Source: Geopsychrobacteraceae bacterium (lineage in GTDB: Bacteria > Desulfobacterota > Desulfuromonadia > Desulfuromonadales > Geopsychrobacteraceae). From it: a stretch of 64,000 bases of DNA. The notes beneath the pieces are model-generated. The model saw only the letters and a program-made list of their open reading frames with translations. It had not been told where the DNA came from and did no database searches. Where the stretch lies: assembly GCA_963662315.1 (NCBI GenBank), contig OY759353.1, positions 2,624,001-2,688,000 of the forward strand, written 5' to 3'. Position 1 is the first letter of the stretch, and every line of letters begins with the position of its first letter. The position numbers and the translations under genes are program-made. Of the stretch, positions 1 to 9,524 are shown in pieces.

Positions 1-2970
1 CCGCTTCACCCCGTGGTGAATGAAATCGATCAGAATAATCGAGTTCCGCACCACAATGCCGGCCAGAGCAATCATGCCGATCATGGCGGTTGCGGTGAAA
101 AAGACCGGGGTATCATAGCCACCGACAGGGTTATTGGCGATCAGATTAAGTAGCCAGAAACCCGGCATTATACCGATCATGGTTAACGGAATCGCCGCCA
201 TGATAATCAGTGGCATAACGTAGGAACCAGTCTCAATGAGCAGCAACAGGTAAATCAACACCATAGCGGCACCGAAAGCAATTCCCAGGTCGCGGAAAAC
301 ATCAATCGTTATGTTCCACTCCCCTTCCCCGCTCCAGACAACCGAGGTCCCGTGGGGTAACGGATTATCATTGAAATATCTCTGTAAATTGAGAATTGCG
401 TTGACTGGACTCTTGCCAGCCATTTCACCAAATACGTAACTGACCCGCTTGAGGTTCTTGTGATAAATAGTCGGTTCCAGACTCTGTTCAACAAAAGCCC
501 CCAGTTCTGACAGAGGGATGAGGTTCCCCTGTTGGCCACGTAACTGCAGGTTATCAAGGGCCGTGATTGATGAACGTTTATCTAGGGGCAGCCTGAGCAC
601 AATCGGTAACGGGTTACGCTCGCTATCAATATGCAGGGTCCCGATCTGAGCCCCGCCCAGGGCAATCTGCAACGTCCTGGCGACATCCGCAGTCGTAACT
701 CCGGCCAGGGACAATTTATCGCGATCGGGAACAAATTGCAGCTGCCGTTGCGGATATTCGATACTGGTATCCACATCCACAACCTTGTCTTCCTGTGCCA
801 TCCGTTGCCGAAGGATCTCAGCAGCGGCCAGCTGCCCCGTGTAATCAATCCCGTCTTCGGCGTACACTTCCGCCGTCAGGGTCGAAATAACCGGTGGCCC
901 GGGTGGCAGTTCCACAATCTTGAGCAGCGCCCCATGTTTAGCGGCAATGGCGGTCAGTTCATCGCGTAGGCGCAGAGTCAGTTCATGGCTCTGCTCGGCA
1001 CGTTCCCCTTTGGGGACAATATTGACCCTGATATCCGCCAGGTTGGCCCCCTGGCGCATGTAATAATGGCGTACCATGCCGTTGAAATCAACGGCACTGG
1101 CGGTGCCGACATAAGCTTCGAAGTCGGTCACTTCATTCACCGTAGCCAGGTAATCCTCAAGATCACGCGCCACGGCATCGGTCTCTTCCAGGCTGACTCC
1201 TTCCGGCATATCGATAACCAGCTGGAACTCGTTCTTGTTATCGAAGGGGAGCATTTTCAGTGGCACCAGGTTCAGAGCCGGCATGGCAACAGAGATCAGG
1301 AACAGGGCAACCACCACGAGCATCAGTAACCAGGCCAGACCACGGTGCTTGATAAACGGCATCAGCAGCTTGCGATAGATGCGATACGTTTTGGTCTTTT
1401 CTAGGACAAAGTCCTCTTCTTCTCCTTTACCATATTCCCCCTTCAGCACATGGTAGGTCATCCACGGTGTCACCGTGAAAGCGACCAGCAACGACATGAC
1501 CATGGTCAACGGCAGGTTGACTGCCATCGGGCGCATATAAGGACCCATCATCCCGGTGATAAACAGCATGGGCAGGAAGGACAGGATAACCGCCAGGGTC
1601 GCCACGATAACCGGTGGCCGCACCTCGTCTACCGCGGTCAAAACCGCTTCACGGGGAGGTTCTTTCTTCATTTTGAAATGTCGGTAGATGTTTTCAACGT
1701 CAACGATCGGGTCATCGACCAGCAAACCCAACGCCAGTACCAGCGCGAAGAGGGTGACGCGGTTAATGGTGTAACCGAACCAGTAATTGACCAGCAGCGT
1801 CAGCGAGTAAATAATCGGTATCGACACCGCGACAATCAGGGCTTCACGCCAGCCAAGCGCAAACAGCACCAGGGCCAGTACGGTGACAATCGCAATCACC
1901 AGGTGGGTGATCAGTTCGTTGACCTTGTGGTTGGCTGTTTCGCCATAGTTACGGGTGACCCGGACCTGGATGTCATCGGGAATCACATCCCCCTGCAAAG
2001 AGTGGAGCTTGGCAATGACGTCCTTGGCGACGCTGACGGCATTGGTCCCTTTTTTCTTGGATACCGCAATATGCACCGCCTGATATTCCTTACCCGTCTG
2101 GGCAGCGCCTTCCGCCGGACCAAAACGTAACCGGGTGTAACTGTCAGGCTCAGCCATGCCATCTGTAACGGCGGCAACATCGCTTAAATACACCAAAGCA
2201 TTGTCACTGACAGCGATAATCAGGTTGCTGACTTCTGTTGCCGAGGTCAGAAAGCCACCGCCACGCACCAGAATTTCCTGATTATTCTGCTGATAATGTC
2301 CGGATGCGAGTTCCAGGTTGGCCCCGTTCAGCGCCTGTTGAACACTGAGGATATCAAGATGCCGTGCCGCCAGTGCAGCAGGATCAAGTTCAACCCTGAT
2401 CTGACGTGGCCGCCCCCCGATCACTTCTGTTTTCGAGGTATCTTTAACCGCCTGCAGACGGTCGACAGCCTCTTCTGCAACCCGGCGCAGCATATGATTC
2501 GACTGGGTATCGGAATAGAGGGTCAAATTGACAATGGGAACATCATCGACCTCAATCGGCCTGATTACCCAGCCCGTCACCCCCGGCGGGACGATATCTA
2601 TGTGGGTTGAGATCTTATTATGCAGCTTGACCAGTGACGCGATACGATCCTCACCAACGAAAAAACGCACCGTGACGATAGCCAGATCGGGACGCGACAT
2701 GGAATACACATACTCCACGCCATCGACCTGCCAAAGCAGCTTTTCCAGACGCGTGGCGACCTGTTTCTCAACTTCGGCCGCACTAGCTCCAGGCATGTGG
2801 ACGTAGACATCCGCCAGTGGCACTACGATCTGCGGTTCCTCCTCGCGCGGAGTGAGGGTCAAAGCCGCAATGCCGGCCAGAACCGCCAACAGGATCAGGA
2901 TGACTGAGAGATTTCCTTCCAGGAAGTGATCAACAATCCTGGTTGCAAAGGTATGTTTTTTTTCACTCAC
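1..2970 (-). CDS. Efflux RND transporter permease (AcrB/AcrD/AcrF family), 3' end beyond window edge
   Basis: Absent from the ORF track because there is no stop in the window. Manual translation from GTG at 2970 gives VSEKKHTFATRIVDHFLEGNLSVILILLAVLAG...PREEPQIVVP; the segment nearest the edge reads FFTATAMIGMIALAGIVVRNSIILIDF, typical RND transmembrane motifs. Follows the MFP and TolC genes. Confidence 0.9.
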   Translation of the reverse strand, partial: MSEKKHTFATRIVDHFLEGNLSVILILLAVLAGIAALTLTPREEEPQIVVPLADVYVHMPGASAAEVEKQVATRLEKLLWQVDGVEYVYSMSRPDLAIVTVRFFVGEDRIASLVKLHNKISTHIDIVPPGVTGWVIRPIEVDDVPIVNLTLYSDTQSNHMLRRVAEEAVDRLQAVKDTSKTEVIGGRPRQIRVELDPAALAARHLDILSVQQALNGANLELASGHYQQNNQEILVRGGGFLTSATEVSNLIIAVSDNALVYLSDVAAVTDGMAEPDSYTRLRFGPAEGAAQTGKEYQAVHIAVSKKKGTNAVSVAKDVIAKLHSLQGDVIPDDIQVRVTRNYGETANHKVNELITHLVIAIVTVLALVLFALGWREALIVAVSIPIIYSLTLLVNYWFGYTINRVTLFALVLALGLLVDDPIVDVENIYRHFKMKKEPPREAVLTAVDEVRPPVIVATLAVILSFLPMLFITGMMGPYMRPMAVNLPLTMVMSLLVAFTVTPWMTYHVLKGEYGKGEEEDFVLEKTKTYRIYRKLLMPFIKHRGLAWLLMLVVVALFLISVAMPALNLVPLKMLPFDNKNEFQLVIDMPEGVSLEETDAVARDLEDYLATVNEVTDFEAYVGTASAVDFNGMVRHYYMRQGANLADIRVNIVPKGERAEQSHELTLRLRDELTAIAAKHGALLKIVELPPGPPVISTLTAEVYAEDGIDYTGQLAAAEILRQRMAQEDKVVDVDTSIEYPQRQLQFVPDRDKLSLAGVTTADVARTLQIALGGAQIGTLHIDSERNPLPIVLRLPLDKRSSITALDNLQLRGQQGNLIPLSELGAFVEQSLEPTIYHKNLKRVSYVFGEMAGKSPVNAILNLQRYFNDNPLPHGTSVVWSGEGEWNITIDVFRDLGIAFGAAMVLIYLLLLIETGSYVMPLIIMAAIPLTMIGIMPGFWLLNLIANNPVGGYDTPVFFTATAMIGMIALAGIVVRNSIILIDFIHHGVKR

Positions 2971-2975
2971 GGAAC

Positions 2976-4073
2976 TCACTCCACGCGGGCGCCGTTGTGG
3001 GCGCGATCAACATCAGCGCTGATGATACGATCTCCGGCTTCAACGCCCGAGAGGACTTCACGGCGGTCACCAAAGCGACGCCCCAAGCGTACCAGGCGGA
3101 ACTTGCTAATCTTATCTTCAACCAGAAAAACTCCGGTCAGCTGTCCGCGTATCGTGACAGCAGCTTCCGGAATCAGTAACAGTTCCTCCGAGGGCAAAGT
3201 CCTTCGGGCCCGGGCGAAAATCCCGGTTGGCACGTCTTTGGCGTCGGCCAGCTCGATGATCACGTCATAACTGCGGCTGACCGGATCGCTGCCACCCTGA
3301 ACCCTGAGCACCTTGCCATCAATGACTTTTTGCATAGAAGGCAGTTCAACAGCCATTACGCTGCCAATTTTGATCTGCCCCAACAGCCGCTCGGGGACTT
3401 TGACACGGGCCTGACGTTTACCTTCACGATCAATAACCAGCAGTGGCGTACCTGGCAATACCGTTGCGCCCTGCTTAATCTGCACACTGATAATTTGCCC
3501 GGCAAACGGAGCGATGACACGATTGTAACTGTTCTGCTGAACTACCCGGTCACGCTCTGCCTTACCGCGTTCAACTTCCGCCACAGCGGCAGCAAGCTGC
3601 TGTTTTGCCATACTTAATTCGGCACTGATCTGATCATACTCCTGCGGGGTTACGGCCTTGGCTTTAAGGAGTTGCTTATAGCGGGCTGCCGTCTGCTCAG
3701 CCAAAGTCAGTCTGGCCTGGGCGGAATCCATCTGACTGGAAGCAACGGCAATAGCCGCCTCAGTGGCACGCAACTGTTCTTCTGCCGAGTTGTCACTGAT
3801 TTCCAGTAACAGCTGATTCGTTTTAACCAGATTTCCTTCACGAACAGCCAGGTTAGTCACTTTCCCGCTACTGCGCGATACCAGACGCGCCTGATCTCGA
3901 CTCTCAACCGAACCGACAAACTGCTCGGCACCATACTGTTTAACCGTTTCCACCACCATTGTTGGCAGGTGTACAACCTTAGCATCCTTACCTTCTGTGC
4001 GCCCTGGAGGAATGTCCTCGCCACAGCCGGACAAAACCAGAATCAGTAGGGATAATAAAATCATTCGTTTCAT
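2976..4073 (-). CDS. Efflux RND transporter periplasmic adaptor (membrane fusion protein), lipoprotein
   Basis: Lipobox LSGC, lipoyl-like G.V..L.V.EG..VK, coiled-coil hairpin, APFAG motif; lies between TolC and RND. Confidence 0.92.
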   Translation of the reverse strand: MKRMILLSLLILVLSGCGEDIPPGRTEGKDAKVVHLPTMVVETVKQYGAEQFVGSVESRDQARLVSRSSGKVTNLAVREGNLVKTNQLLLEISDNSAEEQLRATEAAIAVASSQMDSAQARLTLAEQTAARYKQLLKAKAVTPQEYDQISAELSMAKQQLAAAVAEVERGKAERDRVVQQNSYNRVIAPFAGQIISVQIKQGATVLPGTPLLVIDREGKRQARVKVPERLLGQIKIGSVMAVELPSMQKVIDGKVLRVQGGSDPVSRSYDVIIELADAKDVPTGIFARARRTLPSEELLLIPEAAVTIRGQLTGVFLVEDKISKFRLVRLGRRFGDRREVLSGVEAGDRIISADVDRAHNGARVE

Positions 4074-4089
4074 CGTGCTGCCCCTTCCG

Positions 4090-5415
4090 TCAGTTCAAAA
4101 TCAGATCGGTGAAGGTACCGAGGATATAGTGTTGTTGAGCCAGGCTGCGAATCAGCTGAACCTTCGCCGTGACCAGATCCGCCCGACTTTTTTCGACTTG
4201 CGACTGGGCGGTAAGTAGTTGCGATAATGGCGTCAGACCATTGCGATAGCGACTGGCCAGCAACTGGTAACTCTCTTCTGCTGCAGCATAACCACTTTCA
4301 CTGGCGGCCAGTTGCAGTTCAGCCGTTTCACTATTTAAACGAGCCTGGTCAATGTCGAATTTTGCCTGATCAAGAGCCAGACGGTAACGTGCCTGTGCGG
4401 CCCGCTCATTGGCCAGAGCTTTGTTTGTGGCGTGTTTGCGACTGAAGCCATCGAAAAGCTGCCAGGTCAGGTTAGCCTGAACCATCCAGCTGTCAGCCCC
4501 GTCGGACAAGGGAAAGTCACGGTCATGCATCGACCAGGACGCCCCCGCATTGATACGAGGCAACCAGGCCGCCGTACTTTGCTGGCGCGCCAAGAGGCTC
4601 TCTTTGCGTTGTAGCTCTAGGGCCTTGAGATCCCCACGTTGCAGTTGCTGATTACTTGCCGGTGCAGTTATCAGATGAACATCAAGAGCTGCCGCAATAT
4701 CGACTGGCTGATCACCAATACCCATTTCCAGGGCCAAGCGCTTCTGTGCCAGAGCGAGGGCGTTCTCAGCACTGATCTGCAGACGTCTGCTCTCGGCCAG
4801 ATGGACACTTGCCGTCAGGGTATCGGCCTTCAGCCCGGTCCCGGCGCTCTCTTTCTCTGCAGCCAGGCGTTGAATCTCCTGCGCTTCGCGTACCGAACTG
4901 GATACCCAGTCGATCACTGACCGGCTGCGCTGAACATCGAGATAAGCGGAAAATACCCGCCAGGCAACCTGGTCACGCACTGCCCGCTCACCGGCACTGG
5001 CAGCTTGAGCGGAGACCTCGGCACGCTTTATCCCGTACCCGATATCCGGGTTGTAAACCGGCTGAAGCAGCTGCAGGCGGGTTTCAAAATCGTGGCGGTC
5101 CGGTGGATTGTTGTAGACATCTGGACTTTGACTCAACTGAAGGCGTTCCTGGTTAAGCCAGATAAACAAGGAACTTCCCGGTTCGTTCGTCCAGACAAAC
5201 TGTTCACTCAGGTTGACCCGGGGCAAGCGTTGGGAGCGTGCTTCCGCCACTCCTGCTTCAGCCGCTGCACTGTCCGCTTTGGCGACCAGGTAGAACGGCT
5301 GGTTAGCAAGACCCTGCTTAACCGCTTCTGTCAATGTATAGGATGACGCTGAAAACACCGGAAATGGCGCACAGAAAAACATAAAAACCATGAACAACAG
5401 TACAAGCCTGTACAT
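4090..5415 (-). CDS. TolC family outer-membrane efflux protein
   Basis: Signal peptide, two OEP-like repeats (LPRVNL / WLPRIN, LTWQLFDGF, RYRNG); first gene of the efflux operon. Confidence 0.9.
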   Translation of the reverse strand: MYRLVLLFMVFMFFCAPFPVFSASSYTLTEAVKQGLANQPFYLVAKADSAAAEAGVAEARSQRLPRVNLSEQFVWTNEPGSSLFIWLNQERLQLSQSPDVYNNPPDRHDFETRLQLLQPVYNPDIGYGIKRAEVSAQAASAGERAVRDQVAWRVFSAYLDVQRSRSVIDWVSSSVREAQEIQRLAAEKESAGTGLKADTLTASVHLAESRRLQISAENALALAQKRLALEMGIGDQPVDIAAALDVHLITAPASNQQLQRGDLKALELQRKESLLARQQSTAAWLPRINAGASWSMHDRDFPLSDGADSWMVQANLTWQLFDGFSRKHATNKALANERAAQARYRLALDQAKFDIDQARLNSETAELQLAASESGYAAAEESYQLLASRYRNGLTPLSQLLTAQSQVEKSRADLVTAKVQLIRSLAQQHYILGTFTDLILN

Positions 5416-5654
5416 TTACCAACCTCCTGGAATAAACCTAATCGGCAGGGAGACTATCAATCGCATAAAATCAATAATTACAATATATAGTTTAATGAAT
5501 TATTTAGCAATACCCACAACGCTCAGAAAAGGTGCAAAACAATTATACATAATAATCTCGTAAAATTATGCAAAGCTCTGCGTTTAATTTTATTGAACTT
5601 CAACGATCAGTTGCTGCCATTCATATCTTCAAAAGCAACGGGTCAACAACCCTT

Positions 5655-5932
5655 ATGACATTGCCAAAATTTGCAGACCTTGCTAAAAATAAAATCCCCC
5701 GAAAGGGTGGCGGAAAAAATTGATAAAAGAACAGCCTGGGGCACCGGACCTGGTCGAATATCTTGAAGAGATCTCCCGCGAAATCGTCAAGACGCTGCCG
5801 CCCCTTCCACCGGGGGTCTCCTACAAACGGATCGAAGGCGATATCATAAAAATTCATAACGCCAACATGGAGATCCTGGAAGTCATCAGAGACTTAGGGG
5901 TGCCAGTACCTGAGCTGCCAAAAATCAAATAA
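5655..5932 (+). pseudogene. Small hypothetical protein, possibly frameshifted in a C5 run (or intact 70-aa ORF from TTG 5720)
   Basis: ATG 5655 reads MTLPKFADLAKNKIP then stops early; a second frame reads PPKGWRKKLIKEQ...LPPLPPGVSYKRIEGDIIKI. One extra C at 5696-5700 would join them. Confidence 0.35.
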
Positions 5933-5980
5933 CGACCTGAAAGCGTATCGGCATAGCGCATCTAACTACCAGAACATATC

Positions 5981-6028
5981 CTGCCAACAGGCCCCTTTTT
6001 TCGATATTGGAAAGGGATCTGTTGGTAG
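5981..6028. terminator. Intergenic inverted repeat / possible terminator hairpin
   Basis: CTGCCAACAGGCCCCTTT...AAAGGGATCTGTTGGTAG imperfect stem downstream of the small ORF. Confidence 0.35.
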
Positions 6029-6178
6029 AAGCTTAAATTCTTAGCAAAATCAGTCAATCCCCTTGAAATGACAGAAGCTGTCGATGTAATTTAAAGAGCT
6101 TTAGACTGTTTTTTCTGCCTACAGATTTGTCACCATCGACTTATTGAACATCCGATCAAGGATTGAGGGGAGATCCGC

Positions 6179-8560
6179 GTGAAATTTTGTGACGAAGAGG
6201 AACAACTGAACAGTCCCCCCCCGCAACATTCAATTAAACCATCCTACCAGGAACTACTCAGTCGCATCAGAGAACTTGAAGAACGCGAAACCATGTACCA
6301 ATCCCTGGTCAACAACACGTCCGATCTCTTCTATCGCACGGATAAACACGGCAAGATCGTTACCCTGTCAAAATCAGCCTGTGACCTTTCCGGCTATACC
6401 TATGAAGAAAGTATTGGCCTTGACATGGCCAAGGATATTTACCAGTTCCCTGAGGAGCGTGATAAATTTATTGCCCTATTACAGCAGCATGGCAGAGTCA
6501 ATAATTATGAGGCACGCCTGAAACGTAAGGATGGTTCGGTCTGGTGGGCCATGACCAATGCCCATATTTATTATGATGCAGACGGGAACATGGCCGGTGT
6601 CGAAGGGGTCACCAGGGACATCACCGAACGCAAAATAGCTGAAGAGCAGCTGCGCCTCAGTGAACAAAAATTTAAAAAGACCTTTATCACCAGCCCTGAT
6701 GCAATTGGCCTTAACCGCCTTTCCGATGGTGTTTATCTGGAAATCAATGAAGGGTTCACCCGCATCTTGGGCTATACCCTGGACGATACTATCGGTGTCT
6801 CTTCTCTTGACCTGAATATCTGGAAGAATCCGGAAGACCGCCAGAAACTGATCAGACAGCTGCTAAAAAATGGCTTTGTCGAAAACCTAGAAGCAGAGTT
6901 TATCGCCAAAGATGGCTCTGTAAAGTTTGGTCTTATGTCTGCCAATATTATCGACATAGCCCAGGAACCGGTGATTATATCCGTCACCCGAGACATGACA
7001 GAGCGCAAACAAACAGCAGGAGATATGGCCTTTTTGAATTTTGCTATCAATCATATTCATGAAGGTGTCTACCTGTCCGATGAATATGGTCAGCTGAAAT
7101 ATGTCAATAATGAAGCGTGCAGAGAACTTGGCTACAGCAAAGAAGAACTACTGTCCATGTCCGTATGGGATATAGATGGGCATTTGGAGAAATCCAGCTG
7201 GCCTGACTTCTGGGCAGATTTCATAGTACAGAAAAAGGTGACTGTAGAATCCGTCCACCAGCGCAAAAACAGCTCATTATTTCCGGTTTCAATCAGTGCC
7301 AACTTTTTCGAATACAATGGCAAGGGCTATAATTTGGGGCTGGTCAGCAATGTCACTGAGCACAAAAATATGGAAATTCAGCGGCAGCACTTTGAAGAAA
7401 AGATGTTGCAGGCCCAAAAGCTCGAAAGCCTTGGCATTCTTGCCGGTGGCGTCGCTCACGATTTCAATAACCTGCTGGCGGCCATAATGGGCCACTCAGA
7501 ACTGACCAAGCGCCGCCTGCCCCCCGGTTCAGCAGCCATTGAGAACCTCAAACAGATTGAAAAAGCTGCCGAACGTGCTGCCGACCTGGCCAAACAGATG
7601 CTGGCATACTCGGGCCGCGGTAAATTTGTTCTGGAAACCCTCGATCTCAATTTTCTGCTGGAAGAAATGCTGCATATGTTGCAGGTCTCCATTTCCAAAA
7701 AAATTGTCCTTCGCCTTAACCCATTTAAACCCTTGCCTGCGGTTAGTGTTGATGCCACCCAGATACGGCAGATTATCATGAACCTGGTCATCAACGCTTC
7801 GGAAGCCATCAGCGATAAAAGTGGCGTAATCTCAATATCGACCGGCTGTATTGATTGTGATGAAAGTTACCTGCGCAACGTCTGGCTGAATGAAAACCTT
7901 TCTGATGGACTCTATGTTTATCTCGAAGTTGCTGATACCGGCTGCGGGATGAGCCAGGACACCCTCAAAAAGATATTTGATCCCTTCTTCTCAACAAAGT
8001 TTACCGGGCGTGGCTTGGGGATGTCGGCAACGCTTGGTATTGTGCGGGGGCATAAAGGGGCCATCAAGGTCTATAGTGAACCTGGCAAAGGAACATCTTT
8101 TAAAATCCTTCTGCCTGCGTCTGCTAAGCCGGCTGAACTTTTTAATCATGACGATCAGGAAGACAGCTGGACCTGCTCAGGCACAGCACTTCTGGTTGAC
8201 GACGAAGAAAGTGCCAGAGGGATCGGCATAGAAATGTTAAAAGAACTGGGCTTTCATCCCCTGGTGGCCTCCGATGGTAAAGAGGCTCTCAAAACCTATC
8301 AGGCAAACCCTGATATTCAATTTGTTATGCTCGACCTGACCATGCCCAAAATGGACGGAGAACAATGCTTCAGAGAGCTGAAGAAGCTGAACCCTGCAGT
8401 TAAAGTTATTATTTCAAGTGGCTATAACGAGTTTGAAGTATCGCAAAGGTTTGTCGGCAAGCATGTCGCAGCATTCGTTCAAAAACCCTATAAATATTCA
8501 ACCCTTAAAAAATCCATTAAACAACTTATGAGTCTTCGGGAAATCAGCAAAGACAACTAG
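6179..8560 (+). CDS. Hybrid sensor histidine kinase/response regulator with three PAS/PAC domains (cytoplasmic)
   Basis: PAS repeats ending RDITERK and RDMTERK; H-box AGGVAHDFNNLL; N, G1 (DTGCGM), F and G2 (GRGLG) boxes; C-terminal receiver (LLVDDE, MLDLTMP, KPY). RBS GAGGGGGAG before GTG. Confidence 0.93.
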   Translation: MKFCDEEEQLNSPPPQHSIKPSYQELLSRIRELEERETMYQSLVNNTSDLFYRTDKHGKIVTLSKSACDLSGYTYEESIGLDMAKDIYQFPEERDKFIALLQQHGRVNNYEARLKRKDGSVWWAMTNAHIYYDADGNMAGVEGVTRDITERKIAEEQLRLSEQKFKKTFITSPDAIGLNRLSDGVYLEINEGFTRILGYTLDDTIGVSSLDLNIWKNPEDRQKLIRQLLKNGFVENLEAEFIAKDGSVKFGLMSANIIDIAQEPVIISVTRDMTERKQTAGDMAFLNFAINHIHEGVYLSDEYGQLKYVNNEACRELGYSKEELLSMSVWDIDGHLEKSSWPDFWADFIVQKKVTVESVHQRKNSSLFPVSISANFFEYNGKGYNLGLVSNVTEHKNMEIQRQHFEEKMLQAQKLESLGILAGGVAHDFNNLLAAIMGHSELTKRRLPPGSAAIENLKQIEKAAERAADLAKQMLAYSGRGKFVLETLDLNFLLEEMLHMLQVSISKKIVLRLNPFKPLPAVSVDATQIRQIIMNLVINASEAISDKSGVISISTGCIDCDESYLRNVWLNENLSDGLYVYLEVADTGCGMSQDTLKKIFDPFFSTKFTGRGLGMSATLGIVRGHKGAIKVYSEPGKGTSFKILLPASAKPAELFNHDDQEDSWTCSGTALLVDDEESARGIGIEMLKELGFHPLVASDGKEALKTYQANPDIQFVMLDLTMPKMDGEQCFRELKKLNPAVKVIISSGYNEFEVSQRFVGKHVAAFVQKPYKYSTLKKSIKQLMSLREISKDN

Positions 8561-8585
8561 GCCAGCTAAAGGAGTGAACCTCTTT

Positions 8586-8981
8586 ATGACTCAACTCAAT
8601 CTTTTGGAAATATTTGCTGAGCATGCAACGGGCACACTGTCCACCGCAGACAGCCAGGGAAAGGTCGATGCCGCAGTCTTTGGTTCCTGCCGGTTGATAG
8701 ATGATAATACCGTCGCGGTGGGTCTTGGTAATAACCGTACCCTGGCCAACCTGAAAAGCAATCCACACGCAACATTGCTGTTTGCCACTCCGAGTCCCTC
8801 TGTCTTCAGCTGGCAGGGGGCGCGGATTTATCTTGAGTTAAAAGAACTTGTGGACACAGGTTCGCTGTTTGATGAAATGATCGCAGAGATTGAACGAAAA
8901 GCAGGGAAAATGGCGGCACGAACGATAAAAACCGTATCAACCTTCAGTATAACCGAGGTTCGCCCAATTGTGGATTTTTAA
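8586..8981 (+). CDS. Pyridoxamine 5'-phosphate oxidase-like (FMN-binding split barrel) protein
   Basis: LSTAD..G.V..A, NRTLANLKSNPHA and G.RIY motifs; ATG 8586 downstream of AAGGAG. Confidence 0.75.
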   Translation: MTQLNLLEIFAEHATGTLSTADSQGKVDAAVFGSCRLIDDNTVAVGLGNNRTLANLKSNPHATLLFATPSPSVFSWQGARIYLELKELVDTGSLFDEMIAEIERKAGKMAARTIKTVSTFSITEVRPIVDF

Positions 8982-9050
8982 GGACAGGCACGTTCGTCAT
9001 TAGGACATTTAGAAAGGCCTCAACTCCTGAGATCTGAAACTTCAATTTTG

Positions 9051-9524
9051 TCATCGCGAAACGCACTGAGCGTGTCCGACCGTGGCACAGACATCCCGGA
9101 TCAGCTGGGGTAGTGCCGCAGCGACAGCCGGAGTCATATCAAGGGTATAATCGACCTGCTTAACCTGGATCCCAAACAGTACGACATCCTTAATAGGCCA
9201 AAGAGAATCGGCAAGGTGCAGCAGCCCGACAAGATCACCACTGTGTAAATCGAGTGGCTTAACCTCAGCCTGGGCACTGAGCAGCTGGGCCCTGGTCAAG
9301 CGAACGATAGTTCCGGGTTCCTGATGCATATCCACCGCATCAATCAGGACAAACCGCTCCGCCCCTTCAAACAGGGATATCAGGCTGATACCACCACTGC
9401 CACCATCAACAACATCAATAGCGCCTGGAAGGTTCAGTTTTTCAAGTTCACTGACTGCCCGGCAGCCAATGCCATCGTCCCCCCGCAACGGGTTGCCAAT
9501 ACCGATGATCCGCCAGCTATACAA
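9051..9524 (-). CDS. Hydrogenase maturation protease (for the group 3b large subunit)
   Basis: GIGNPLRGDDGIG, DGG and IDAVD motifs; probable TTG start at 9524 overlapping the large-subunit stop. Confidence 0.9.
   Translation of the reverse strand: MYSWRIIGIGNPLRGDDGIGCRAVSELEKLNLPGAIDVVDGGSGGISLISLFEGAERFVLIDAVDMHQEPGTIVRLTRAQLLSAQAEVKPLDLHSGDLVGLLHLADSLWPIKDVVLFGIQVKQVDYTLDMTPAVAAALPQLIRDVCATVGHAQCVSR

Noticed and set aside
309..3270. Many short ORF-track entries suggesting a fragmented region
   Set aside because: They are shadows of the single RND permease reading frame (and the MFP end) on the minus strand, which the track missed because it runs off the window.
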